A DNA stretch of 64,000 bases from a virus (taxonomy: Duplodnaviria > Heunggongvirae > Uroviricota > Caudoviricetes), in the IMG/VR virus record IMGVR_UViG_3300044878_000136, positions 125,232-189,231 of that record; one strand, given 5' to 3'. The notes under the pieces were generated by a model. It was given only the letters and a program-made list of their open reading frames with translations. It was not told the origin of the DNA and did no database searches. The position numbers and the translations under genes are program-made. Numbering within the stretch: the stretch's first letter is position 1; every line of letters starts with the position of its first letter. Below are positions 1-8,734 of this stretch, piece by piece.

Positions 1-18
1 TAAACAGAGGGGACTGAC

Positions 19-1113
19 ATGGGTACTATTTCGAACATGGATCCTGCCGGGGAGTTATCCGGCAACGAGTTGATTGAGGTCGTGCAGGACGGCGAGAGTC
101 GTAGAGCTCTCCTGTCTGACGTAATGCTTGGTGGTGATAGTACCTACGACATTGCGGTAAAGAATGGCTACGTTGGCACCGAAGCTGAATGGCTTGTCAC
201 TCAGAAAGGGGCTAAGGGCGATCCCGGTACTCCGGGTGCTAAAGGAGACCCTGGTGCTCCTGGGGCTAAAGGCGACCCTGGGACTCCAGGCGCCGCTGGT
301 GCGCCAGGCGCTAAAGGCGATCCGGGTACACCCGGCGCTAAAGGTGACCCAGGTACTCCAGGCGCCCCTGGCGCTAAAGGTGATCCTGGCGCAAAGGGTG
401 ATCCTGGCATTGGTGTCAAGGGTGACCCTGGAGCTCCGGGTGCAGCAGGTGCTCCGGGTGCTAAAGGTGATCCCGGCATTCCGGGTACCCCTGGTGCTGC
501 TGGCGCCCCAGGTGCTAAAGGTGATCCAGGTGCCCCGGGTACGCCCGGAGCCGCAGGCGCGCCTGGAGCCAAGGGTGATCCTGGCACGCCAGGGGCGAAG
601 GGTGACCCAGGCGTTAAAGGGGATCCTGGTGCGACTGGTGCCGCTGGACCGGCGTGGATCGTGTTACCGCGCGCACCTGCGTCTGGCGATGGTGTTGTGA
701 ACGACCTGTTCCTCAATACCCTCACCGGTGAGTTCTTCAAGAAGACCGGCGCTACGGCTTGGACCAGTCAAGGGTTCTTCCCACAGCAGCTGTTGGATCG
801 TTACGACTTGAAACGTATCGACCTGCCGGTGATCTCGGTTGCTACCACGACCACGTTGGACACGTCGGTGGCTCAGAACTACACCGTGGTCAACACCAAC
901 ACCGCAGTGCGCACGTTCGTATTCACCCCACCACCTGCTGGTCGTTCCATGACCTTGGTGTTGGTGATGTTGGGTAACGCAGGTACGCCTGTGTGGCCAG
1001 CTACGGTGAAATGGAACCGTGGGACGCCACCGGTGTACGGCGCCACCAAAACGGTCTTGACGTTCCTCTGGGACGGTACAGACTGGATCGGTGCCACAGG
1101 CTCTACCATCTAA
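19..1113 (+). CDS. collagen-like repeat protein, probable tail fibre
   Basis: Central region has about 50 Gly-X-Y triplets (GAKGDPGTPGAKGDPG...). A non-repetitive C-terminal domain follows. An SD-like GAGGGG precedes the ATG at 19. Confidence 0.7.
   Translation: MGTISNMDPAGELSGNELIEVVQDGESRRALLSDVMLGGDSTYDIAVKNGYVGTEAEWLVTQKGAKGDPGTPGAKGDPGAPGAKGDPGTPGAAGAPGAKGDPGTPGAKGDPGTPGAPGAKGDPGAKGDPGIGVKGDPGAPGAAGAPGAKGDPGIPGTPGAAGAPGAKGDPGAPGTPGAAGAPGAKGDPGTPGAKGDPGVKGDPGATGAAGPAWIVLPRAPASGDGVVNDLFLNTLTGEFFKKTGATAWTSQGFFPQQLLDRYDLKRIDLPVISVATTTTLDTSVAQNYTVVNTNTAVRTFVFTPPPAGRSMTLVLVMLGNAGTPVWPATVKWNRGTPPVYGATKTVLTFLWDGTDWIGATGSTI
190..650. repeat. tandem 9/18-nt nucleotide repeats encoding collagen Gly-X-Y triplets
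   Basis: Repeated ggtgctaaaggtgatcct-like units lie inside the CDS 19..1113. They create long spurious ORFs in other frames on both strands. Confidence 0.8.
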
Positions 1114-1126
1114 CTAGGAGGTAGAT

Positions 1127-1843
1127 ATGTTTGAAGCCTTGCTGAACATCGATTACGTAGCGCCGTATAACCCATTGGGTCCTGGACCCACCACCTTGCA
1201 GTATGGCGACAGCACGCTGGGCTATTACGGTGAGGTGACCGGCGCTGAGTTCTTCACTGAAGCTGAAGTGTCGGGCGGGATTGGTCTGACGGCGGGTGCC
1301 ATCTTTAGCAGCGCTCCTTATTGGATCAAGATGATCATCGATGGAGTGATCATTTACATTCCTAAGATGCCACTGCGGTCTGGCATCAAGTGGGACGAGA
1401 TATACGCCGCCAAAGCGGTCTACGGCATCAAGGGGAACGGCAAGTACCCTCCTGGTGGTGTAGGGGTAATGCAGAACGCCCAACTCGTCAAGAACGGGTA
1501 TCGCTATAAAGTACGGTTGGGGTCCACGGGTAACGACCCTACGACGCTGCCGAGTCCGAACGCCTCGACGACAGCATCTTACGCCTCCACCGAATGGGGT
1601 CGTATCACCAACGCCCTCGTGACACCGAAGCGTACTGGTGCCGGATGGGGCTTGTACAACATCGGCACAATGTTTGCTGGGCATGTGGTGACCAAGAACA
1701 CCTACAACGGCAACACCACCATGGCGGTCACGGTTGAGAACACCGCGAGTCCGGCAGTCAACGCCTACTCGAAGACCACAGCCACTTCTACATGGCTGCC
1801 TATCCTTGAACTGACCACTGACGATACGTGGGGCAATCCGTAA
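1127..1843 (+). CDS. hypothetical protein, possibly fibre-associated or structural
   Basis: A strong SD (AGGAGG) lies 8 nt upstream. The gene is contiguous with the collagen-like gene. It is Gly/Thr/Asn-rich. Confidence 0.55.
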   Translation: MFEALLNIDYVAPYNPLGPGPTTLQYGDSTLGYYGEVTGAEFFTEAEVSGGIGLTAGAIFSSAPYWIKMIIDGVIIYIPKMPLRSGIKWDEIYAAKAVYGIKGNGKYPPGGVGVMQNAQLVKNGYRYKVRLGSTGNDPTTLPSPNASTTASYASTEWGRITNALVTPKRTGAGWGLYNIGTMFAGHVVTKNTYNGNTTMAVTVENTASPAVNAYSKTTATSTWLPILELTTDDTWGNP

Positions 1844-1854
1844 CCATAAGACGA

Positions 1855-1893
1855 CATAGAGTCCCTCCGGTTTGGGAGGGACTCTATGCTATA
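1855..1893 (+). terminator. stem-loop with CATAGAG/CTCTATGCT flanks
   Basis: The hairpin is agagtccctcc-ggtttg-ggagggactct, flanked by cataGAG ... CTCtatgct. It lies after the stop of gene 1127..1843. Confidence 0.5.
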
Positions 1894-1953
1894 TGGAACT
1901 GACCCTCATGCGTAATTTATGAGTTAACACCCACCTATCCGAAGGACTAACAG

Positions 1954-4494
1954 ATGTTCGCCGCGCTCAAGCAACGCCTCGGGATTGTCTCCGTGTCGAC
2001 CACCCCGACCTACATTGTAGTGCAGGGCATCGACACGATGAAGTTGTTCAAAGACATCTACGCCGCATGGGGTAGTACCGTCATCCAGAAAAACATGTTT
2101 TCCATTGCCCGAAGCTCTGAGTTGCGCTTGCGTCACTTCTTCGGCTTGGACTTCCTTTATATCCTCGAGACTCTGTACGACGCACCCCAAACGCGTCTAC
2201 CTCGTCGCATCATCGCCAAAGTGATCGAAGAACTCAAGCTGCAAACCTGGTTGGGTCAGATCGATCGTGACACCAAGTCCATCACTGACATGTCGGTCGT
2301 GGACAAGCAGATCCCTTACCCACTCAAGCCGTTCCAAAGCGGCTTCGTGCAACACTACGGGATCATGGTACCGGCATACCGTCTGAAGGGCTACATGCTC
2401 GATGCGGGACCTGGTACGGGCAAGACGCTGACCAACCTGATCCTCGGTGCTGCACTGCACGCTGAGAAGGTGATCATCCTCACGCCGAAGAACGCGGTCA
2501 ACCGGGTGTGGGAAGATTCGATCAAGGATCTGTTGCTGAACAAGAAGTCGTATTGGGTATCCACGTCCGGTGAAATGCCGACCATGGATCAACACTACTA
2601 CATCTGCCACTACGAAGCACTGGAAACCCTCCTGGGCTTTATCAAGATGAATGAGCCTCGTCTCAAGAACATCTTCGTGGCTCTCGACGAATCCCACAAC
2701 TTCAACCGCATCGATGCACAGCGTACGCAGATGTTCATCGAACTCTGCCAGATGAAGTGCGTGGCCTGGTGTAACTGGGCATCGGGTACTCCGATCCTCG
2801 CACTGGGTGTGGAGTGTATTCCATTCCTGCGTTGCATCGACCCGCTGTTCGATGCCGAGTCTGAGGAACGCTTCCGTAAGATCTACGGTCGCGATGCCAA
2901 GCGGGCGAACGACATCCTGCGTAACCGGATTGGTCACTTGAAGTATCACGTTCCTAAACAGGACGTGGTGAACATTGAGGTCACCACCAAGCAGCACATG
3001 GTGAAGATCCCCAATGGTCAGGAGTTTACGCTGAACGCTATCGGCGAACGTATGAAAGCGTTCATTGAAGCACGGCGTAAGTACTACAAGGAGAACTTCG
3101 GCAAGTACCGCACGGACTACAACCGTGCCCTCGAAGACTTCAGGCTCTCACTCAACGGTCCTCAGGAACGTATGGCGTTTGCCAAGTACCAAGAGTGCTT
3201 CAAGACGGTATCCTCTGGCTTCGATGCGAAGCTCATGAAGGAAGAGGCCGCCTACTGCAACAACTACGAGTTGCGGACCATCATCCCGCGTCTCCATCCG
3301 ACTGAGAAGCCTCTGTTCAAGTCGGCTCGTAGCGTGCTGAAGTACGTTGACCTCAAGATCATGGGTGAAGCCTTGGGCGGTATCCTCGGCCGTGAGCGTA
3401 CGCGCTGCCACGTTGAGATGTTGCCTCACATCGACTTCAGTCGTTTCATCGACGATGCCAAGAAGAAGACGTTGATCTTCACCAGCTTCGTTGAAGTGGT
3501 TGAACGCAGTAACGACATCCTCAAGGAAACCGGTTACGATGCAGCACTCGTATACGGTTCGACCAACAAGGACTTGGCTGCGATCGTTCAGAAGTTCTAC
3601 AAACTGCCAGACCTCAACCCTCTGGTGGCGACGTACCAGTCGTTGTCGACCGCTGTTCCACTGACAGCCGCCAACAACATCATGCTGCTGAACCAACCGT
3701 TCCGTTCGGGTATCCGCGAACAGACCGTCGCGCGTGCGGCACGTCTGGGTCAGGACGAACCGGTCAGTGTGTGGGATATCCTGCTCGATACTGGGGATCA
3801 ACCAAACATCTCCACTCGCAGTAACGACATCATGGAATGGTCCCAACAGCAAGTGGCCTCCATCATCGGCGTGCAGAACGTCGACTTGGACAGCTTGGCG
3901 TTGGAAGCACGCGAAGGTGAACTCGATGGGCATGACACGATTACTCAACTGGCCCTCGAGGCCGCAGATGTTGCTTCGTTTGAATCAGGGGCTCCGGTTG
4001 CTAGCGGCCAAAATGCCCTTACCACCGCAACCACCGATCGCCTGCCTGCTTTTCTGTATCACGGCAGCATGTATCAACAAAATGAGTTGATGCCTGGCTT
4101 CAAGCGTTCGGGTCAATTGGTCAAGTGGGATGGGTGTGAGGATAACACCTGGCTGTACTCCACGTCTGACCGTGAAGAAGCGGTTCTGTTGGGCATCTCC
4201 TCCGCCATCGAGAAGACGGCTGGGTTGAAGCGCTACAGTCACGTCGCGGGAAGCAAGGTCATCAACCTTGAGTTCTACGAGAACCCGATCAGCGTGGATC
4301 AGATCTATCGCTTGCCGATCTATCTGTACTCCTTGATGGGTGATAAGCATGACGGTTGGATGCCAAACTACAACGCCAGCAACGGGATGGTCACTGAGTA
4401 CAAAACTCAGCAGACAATCACCGGCGGTGTAGCGCGATGCGAAGCGGTCGATGTGCGTGACTTCCTCCACGGATGGCGGATCAACATCAAGTAA
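1954..4494 (+). CDS. SF2 helicase, SNF2/DEAD-like, with C-terminal extra domain
   Basis: It has Walker A DAGPGTGKT, motif II DESH, motif III SGTP and a helicase-C region ending QTVARAARLGQ. A C-terminal domain of about 160 aa has no recognised motif. Confidence 0.7.
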   Translation: MFAALKQRLGIVSVSTTPTYIVVQGIDTMKLFKDIYAAWGSTVIQKNMFSIARSSELRLRHFFGLDFLYILETLYDAPQTRLPRRIIAKVIEELKLQTWLGQIDRDTKSITDMSVVDKQIPYPLKPFQSGFVQHYGIMVPAYRLKGYMLDAGPGTGKTLTNLILGAALHAEKVIILTPKNAVNRVWEDSIKDLLLNKKSYWVSTSGEMPTMDQHYYICHYEALETLLGFIKMNEPRLKNIFVALDESHNFNRIDAQRTQMFIELCQMKCVAWCNWASGTPILALGVECIPFLRCIDPLFDAESEERFRKIYGRDAKRANDILRNRIGHLKYHVPKQDVVNIEVTTKQHMVKIPNGQEFTLNAIGERMKAFIEARRKYYKENFGKYRTDYNRALEDFRLSLNGPQERMAFAKYQECFKTVSSGFDAKLMKEEAAYCNNYELRTIIPRLHPTEKPLFKSARSVLKYVDLKIMGEALGGILGRERTRCHVEMLPHIDFSRFIDDAKKKTLIFTSFVEVVERSNDILKETGYDAALVYGSTNKDLAAIVQKFYKLPDLNPLVATYQSLSTAVPLTAANNIMLLNQPFRSGIREQTVARAARLGQDEPVSVWDILLDTGDQPNISTRSNDIMEWSQQQVASIIGVQNVDLDSLALEAREGELDGHDTITQLALEAADVASFESGAPVASGQNALTTATTDRLPAFLYHGSMYQQNELMPGFKRSGQLVKWDGCEDNTWLYSTSDREEAVLLGISSAIEKTAGLKRYSHVAGSKVINLEFYENPISVDQIYRLPIYLYSLMGDKHDGWMPNYNASNGMVTEYKTQQTITGGVARCEAVDVRDFLHGWRINIK

Positions 4495-4496
4495 GC

Positions 4497-4547
4497 AAAA
4501 AAAAGAAAGTCTAGATGCAGGAGCGTGAGCTCCTGCATCTATGCTGT
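4497..4547 (-). terminator. intrinsic terminator for leftward transcripts, with conserved CAGCATAG box
   Basis: The minus strand reads CAGCATAGATGCAGGAGC-tcac-GCTCCTGCATCTAG followed by CTTTCTTTTTTTT. It sits between convergent genes. Confidence 0.7.
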
Positions 4548-4837
4548 CAGTCTTTCGACTCTGGATCAATGCCGATACGGCGCAACACTTGATCCGTTGA
4601 CGCGGGTGGTGATGTTCGACTGTATACGACTCCAGCCTTTGTAAGTAGTTCCTGAGCGAGTTCACGCAACTCTTCGTCAGGTCTATCTTTGAGGCTATCG
4701 TCTAACATCTTCTGAATCTCCACCACCCCATGTCCCTTACGGAGCAACGCGGCTATGAGGTGTACCCTCAGCAACTTTACCGCGAACGCCCACGGGATAA
4801 CCAGATCATCTACTTTCTTATCCATCACATTTTCCAC
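4547..4837 (-). CDS. hypothetical protein
   Basis: ORF in a minus-strand array. Composition is typical of the other genes. Confidence 0.5.
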   Translation of the reverse strand: MENVMDKKVDDLVIPWAFAVKLLRVHLIAALLRKGHGVVEIQKMLDDSLKDRPDEELRELAQELLTKAGVVYSRTSPPASTDQVLRRIGIDPESKD

Positions 4838-5142
4838 TTAGCTGGGATTTCGGTGTTCGTGCGTTTGCAGAACTCCACGTAGGCGGCGTAGATGTCATCG
4901 ATCACCGGGATGATGGTCGAGGAGAAGTAACCTTCCTCAAACCACGCGGTGAAGAACTCCACCAGATCGACGTAGCATTCGATACCACCACCCAGTGCTG
5001 GGAGACGCACCATGACATTGTTGATGTCGGTAGTCTCGTCAGTCAACGTTTCCCAGAGGGTCTCGTCGTACGCATTACGGACGGTGAACAGAACGCCTTC
5101 AGTGGCGTGGAAATGTTCTGGGTTGTATTTGTACTTGTGCAT
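4825..5142 (-). CDS. hypothetical protein
   Basis: ORF in a minus-strand array. Confidence 0.5.
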   Translation of the reverse strand: MHKYKYNPEHFHATEGVLFTVRNAYDETLWETLTDETTDINNVMVRLPALGGGIECYVDLVEFFTAWFEEGYFSSTIIPVIDDIYAAYVEFCKRTNTEIPAKWKM

Positions 5143-5201
5143 TGCTGACCTCCACGGTCTTAGTGTATCAATAGATGGGGAGGTTTCCCTCCCCGGTTAA
5201 C

Positions 5202-5801
5202 TCACTGGTTGGCGTACCAGTCGAAGATGAGTTTGGCGTTGCCACCGAGCTCATCCCGAGTCTTTACCAGCGCAGCGTAAGCTGCATCACCGCGCCGACG
5301 GACAGAGCTGTCGTCAGAATAACCGGTATGCCAGTCATTCGACTCGCAAGCTGCCTTGAAAGCTATTTCAGCTTCAGACAACTCCCAGCCCTCCATCCGC
5401 TTCTCAAACGGTTTGTCACCCATCACCTTCGCCCAGGATTCCAGGTCGTTGTTGATGAGCCACTGTTTGAGCGGCAATGGATCCATGACCTGATAGCCAG
5501 ACTTGTTAGTCCAGCTTACCGGCACGCCACGGTGGAATGTGATCCGCATGTAGCGACCACGGATGATGAGCTTGTCGTCACCCTCCAGCTCCACCGACTC
5601 CAACACATTCTTCGGCTTGAAGTCTTTCAGAACTTCAAAGTTGCTCGAAGAGATGTACACCTCGATGTGCTCGCCAGCACCACCCATCGATCGCGCCAAG
5701 GTAGGCTCAGACAGCCCTGCCGCGAACGAGCCACCAATCACAAACATCTCCGGCTTCAGGCCGATAGTGAATTGGACGTAGTTGATAGAAGAATAGTTCA
5801 T
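5202..5801 (-). CDS. hypothetical protein
   Basis: The ATG at 5801 is preceded by the conserved SD CCGAGGAGG. The antisense 256-aa ORF is R/L/H-rich and rejected. Confidence 0.55.
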   Translation of the reverse strand: MNYSSINYVQFTIGLKPEMFVIGGSFAAGLSEPTLARSMGGAGEHIEVYISSSNFEVLKDFKPKNVLESVELEGDDKLIIRGRYMRITFHRGVPVSWTNKSGYQVMDPLPLKQWLINNDLESWAKVMGDKPFEKRMEGWELSEAEIAFKAACESNDWHTGYSDDSSVRRRGDAAYAALVKTRDELGGNAKLIFDWYANQ

Positions 5802-5861
5802 AATGACCTCCTCGGTCTAAGAAAGAACTGGGAGAGGATATCCTCTCCCAGGTGTATCAAA

Positions 5862-6149
5862 TTACAAGTAGTTGAACACTACTGGTTCAACATCCCAAGC
5901 GGTAAGCTCGTCGACAAATTCTTGCTCGACATCTTCCACCCATAGGCGATCCCTGTGCCAGCCTTGAACCCGACCAATCAGCTTATCCTGAGGGTCGTAC
6001 ACCAGGGCTACTGCGCCACTGGGGTCACGAAGTTCGTAGTAATACTTCACTACGCCTTCTTTGATGAACTTCCCATTATGGGGAAGGGGACCTTTCTCAT
6101 CAACGATCTTGACGTTGAAGCGATCGATCTTGTAGGCTGCACTACTCAT
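5862..6149 (-). CDS. hypothetical protein
   Basis: The ATG at 6149 is preceded by GAGTCCGAGGAGGACAGCAAC. Confidence 0.55.
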   Translation of the reverse strand: MSSAAYKIDRFNVKIVDEKGPLPHNGKFIKEGVVKYYYELRDPSGAVALVYDPQDKLIGRVQGWHRDRLWVEDVEQEFVDELTAWDVEPVVFNYL

Positions 6150-6184
6150 GTTGCTGTCCTCCTCGGACTCATGGGGATGGTTCG

Positions 6185-6212
6185 GGTGTATTATGTATGA
6201 CCAGAAAAAAGT
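6185..6212 (-). promoter_or_regulatory. candidate promoter motif, TACAT-core family A
   Basis: The coding strand reads CTGGTCATACATAATACACC about 44 nt upstream of the ATG at 6149. Confidence 0.35.
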
Positions 6213-6218
6213 TAACTG

Positions 6219-6268
6219 AAAAAAGAAAGAGCATATAGCCTAGGCGATGAGCCTAGGCTATATGCGTG
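6219..6268 (-). terminator. intrinsic terminator with GCATATAG/CTATATGC flanks
   Basis: The + strand has gaaaaaagaaag followed by GCATATAGCCTAGGC-gatga-GCCTAGGCTATATGC. The minus strand has a T-run after the hairpin. It follows the stop of 6271..7071. Confidence 0.65.
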
Positions 6269-6270
6269 CG

Positions 6271-7071
6271 TTATTCACGGGGCGTCATTGGCTTAGGACC
6301 CCAGCCGAGTTCACGCGCTAATTCCTTGGATGCTTCGAAAATCATCTTACGACTACCGAACCCTTTAGGACGGAACATGTCTTTCTTGGTTTGCATGTTG
6401 CTCGCGTGTGGGTACCTGAAAGCCAATGCATGGGCCACCGCCCAGACTTCAGCGAGATCATTAAAATCCATCTCGATGGTGTCCAGATGAGGTCTAGCCT
6501 TCGCCATGAATGCTTGGGTATTCATCGCACGCTCACCCTTGAACCAATCCTTCTCACGAGGTAGTGCAAACACCCGCTCAAACGTTGGACGGATATGTGC
6601 GATAACCTTATCTTTCATGGCGCGTTCGGCGGCGTTGGTTTCGTTGTTGATTGCAGCGAGATCCTTACGATCGAAGTTCAGGTTCTCGAAGTAGTCCTTA
6701 CCTTCGTTACGCTTCTGCGCATCTTGGAAGTCGATGTACCCCATGGCTTTCCAGATCATGCGCGCACCAATGTTCAGACGGAGCTTCTTCTCAGAAGCGA
6801 TCCTGATCAGACGACCACCTTCCTGAACTTCCTTATGGGTGACTCGTTGGAGTTTCATGATCTCGGCGATGATGCCGTTGATCTCAGTGGTTGGATCGGG
6901 CAGAGGCTCTACCTCGTACCCATTTATGGATTTGAAAGCTTCCTCGTGATCCTTGAGGGTCTTCGAGGCACGACGAGCGGTGAGTGTGTCTGGCGCCGCT
7001 TGAGGTGGGAGGGTTAGAATCTTTGCCATTACTGTCTTCCTCAGACTAGGTAGGTCGGTGGGTTTCCCCAC
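6271..7071 (-). CDS. hypothetical protein
   Basis: 266-aa ORF in a minus array. Confidence 0.55.
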   Translation of the reverse strand: MGKPTDLPSLRKTVMAKILTLPPQAAPDTLTARRASKTLKDHEEAFKSINGYEVEPLPDPTTEINGIIAEIMKLQRVTHKEVQEGGRLIRIASEKKLRLNIGARMIWKAMGYIDFQDAQKRNEGKDYFENLNFDRKDLAAINNETNAAERAMKDKVIAHIRPTFERVFALPREKDWFKGERAMNTQAFMAKARPHLDTIEMDFNDLAEVWAVAHALAFRYPHASNMQTKKDMFRPKGFGSRKMIFEASKELARELGWGPKPMTPRE

Positions 7072-7087
7072 CGACTGTTTGTATCGT

Positions 7088-7387
7088 TTATGCCGTTTGT
7101 TCTTCGTTGAGTTTCAGGAAATCAGCCCCTGGGAAACAATCGAAGGATCGACGGCCAGCGCGAGTGATCCAATCACCCACGTTGACTTTCATCAACCCCC
7201 AAGGCATCATACCCACGAGTTGCTTAGGTTTGGCGATTCTGTGCTGAGCACTGTCCTCAGGACGGGCTTCACGAACGGTGATCGTGATTCCATCCTTTTC
7301 CATCCACTCAGCGATTTCGACCTCGTTGGTCCCGTCCCATTGGATGGCTTGAAAGATTGCCCGACTACGGTAGTTAGCGACTGGCAT
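7088..7387 (-). CDS. hypothetical protein, paralog of 7387..7674
   Basis: It shares the QWDGTNE motif with its neighbour. Confidence 0.5.
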   Translation of the reverse strand: MPVANYRSRAIFQAIQWDGTNEVEIAEWMEKDGITITVREARPEDSAQHRIAKPKQLVGMMPWGLMKVNVGDWITRAGRRSFDCFPGADFLKLNEEQTA

Positions 7388-7674
7388 TATATCGACCCCT
7401 TTTCACGTTCGAAGTAGACTAAGAATGTTTCCGCGCTGTTATAGCTTACGTGACCCATGTCGTCTCGGGTAACGTAGTCACCTTCCTTCACGAAGAGCGT
7501 ACCCCAACTCACTTCGATCACCAATTGACGTGGCGTCTTGTAGTGGGGAGATTCCTCCTTGACCGTTATCGACTTCTGAAACGGACCCAAGAAGTCTCTG
7601 ATCTGAGCCTCATTGGTGCCGTCCCACTGAAGCGCAGCCAAGGACAACTTACTGCGGTAGCGATGTATTGGCAT
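7387..7674 (-). CDS. hypothetical protein, paralog of 7088..7387
   Basis: It has the LAALQWDGTNEAQI motif. It is adjacent and co-oriented with its paralog. Confidence 0.5.
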   Translation of the reverse strand: MPIHRYRSKLSLAALQWDGTNEAQIRDFLGPFQKSITVKEESPHYKTPRQLVIEVSWGTLFVKEGDYVTRDDMGHVSYNSAETFLVYFEREKGSI

Positions 7675-8278
7675 CGGCAGCCTCTTTCAGTTTCGTGTAG
7701 CCATCGGTGGTAGCGAGTACAGCTTCCAGTGGAGATGAGCGTTTCGCCATCCGGGTGTAGATCTTCACACGAACGCGGGACTTGATGTTAGCCAAGCACT
7801 CGCGCAGGTTTTCCTGCACTACTTCATGGCCGACAATGTCCATCATCTGGAACTCGATCTGATCTTGCTCAACGCCCTTGGATTTGAGGAAGTCGTTGAA
7901 CAGGTTGATGATGGTGGACTTGCCAGTGTTGGCACGGCCGATTACGGCGATGCCGGTTTGGTTGAACGGGAAGGCATGTGGGACAGCCGGCTTGACTCGG
8001 AACTGGGCTTCGGTCACCGGCTTCTCGGCCGACGGTTCAAGTTGGAAGGGGATCGACAGCATGTGTTCGCTGAGGATGTAACGGAACCCTTCACCCATTT
8101 CCATCTGTGGACCTTTCTCCACATCGCACGGCGGCTCGATGTCCACCACGCCCACCGCAGTCATGTCGACTTCAACACCCAGATCAGTCAAGGTCTGGGC
8201 GAAGCAACGTGCCACGTAGCTGCGGTTGGTGTTAAAGCCGGCGGTGATGATTACGGTTACATCTTGTTTCTGGGACAT
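7649..8278 (-). CDS. P-loop NTPase, GTPase-like G1 motif
   Basis: It has GRANTGKSTIINLF (GRxNxGKST) and a downstream DIVG. Confidence 0.5.
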   Translation of the reverse strand: MSQKQDVTVIITAGFNTNRSYVARCFAQTLTDLGVEVDMTAVGVVDIEPPCDVEKGPQMEMGEGFRYILSEHMLSIPFQLEPSAEKPVTEAQFRVKPAVPHAFPFNQTGIAVIGRANTGKSTIINLFNDFLKSKGVEQDQIEFQMMDIVGHEVVQENLRECLANIKSRVRVKIYTRMAKRSSPLEAVLATTDGYTKLKEAADANTSLPQ

Positions 8279-8280
8279 GG

Positions 8281-8454
8281 TTACTCACTCGGTAGGGGTT
8301 CATGTACGACGTTATCGTCGTACGTTACTTTGAACATGCGGACAGGGAGGATCTCAGACACTGGGACACCTAAGTGTTTGGCCAGTGCCTCGACGCCTGT
8401 GATCTCCGTCAGCTTGCCGGTAGGTTTGTGGGCGACAATGAACTTACGCTCCAT
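8281..8454 (-). CDS. small hypothetical protein, 57 aa, not in ORF track
   Basis: ATG-to-TAA ORF with translation MERKFIVAHKPTGKLTEITGVEALAKHLGVPVSEILPVRMFKVTYDDNVVHEPLPSE. It fills a 160-nt gap between genes. Confidence 0.25.
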   Translation of the reverse strand: MERKFIVAHKPTGKLTEITGVEALAKHLGVPVSEILPVRMFKVTYDDNVVHEPLPSE

Positions 8455-8734
8455 CGTCGATCCTTGGGTCGCCGGTCTGCAATGTAGACTTCAGATCGAT
8501 AAACCCAGCCGAGTTACGGCAGCTAGTGTGATGACGTTCTTTCAGCACCTCAGCAAACTCCGCGGTCACGAAGTTGTATTGGACGCTAGTGCCCAGATCG
8601 CTGAAGCCGTAGACGTCGTAGCCTTTGACCTTCATGGCTTCGATCACGGCTTGACGAAACACCTCGTCCTTGTCGTGGATCTCGACAACGTGATAACCGT
8701 TCTCGGCCTTGAATTCTTTTTCCATGCGGAACAT
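8444..8734 (-). CDS. hypothetical protein
   Basis: ORF in a minus array. Confidence 0.45.
   Translation of the reverse strand: MFRMEKEFKAENGYHVVEIHDKDEVFRQAVIEAMKVKGYDVYGFSDLGTSVQYNFVTAEFAEVLKERHHTSCRNSAGFIDLKSTLQTGDPRIDDGA

Noticed and set aside
164-740. Track ORFs 164..700 (+) and 201..740 (-) of about 180 aa each
   Set aside because: They are alternate-frame and antisense readings of the collagen Gly-X-Y nucleotide repeats. The proteins are Pro/Ala/Leu/Arg low-complexity, and the frame with GAKGDPG is the coherent one.
2197-4665. Minus-strand ORFs 2197..2997, 3148..3948 and 3985..4665 inside the helicase gene
   Set aside because: They are shadow ORFs of the helicase CDS. 3985..4665 would also run through the terminator hairpin.
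5175-5945. 256-aa plus-strand ORF
   Set aside because: It is antisense to 5202..5801 (-), which has the conserved CCGAGGAGG SD and natural composition.
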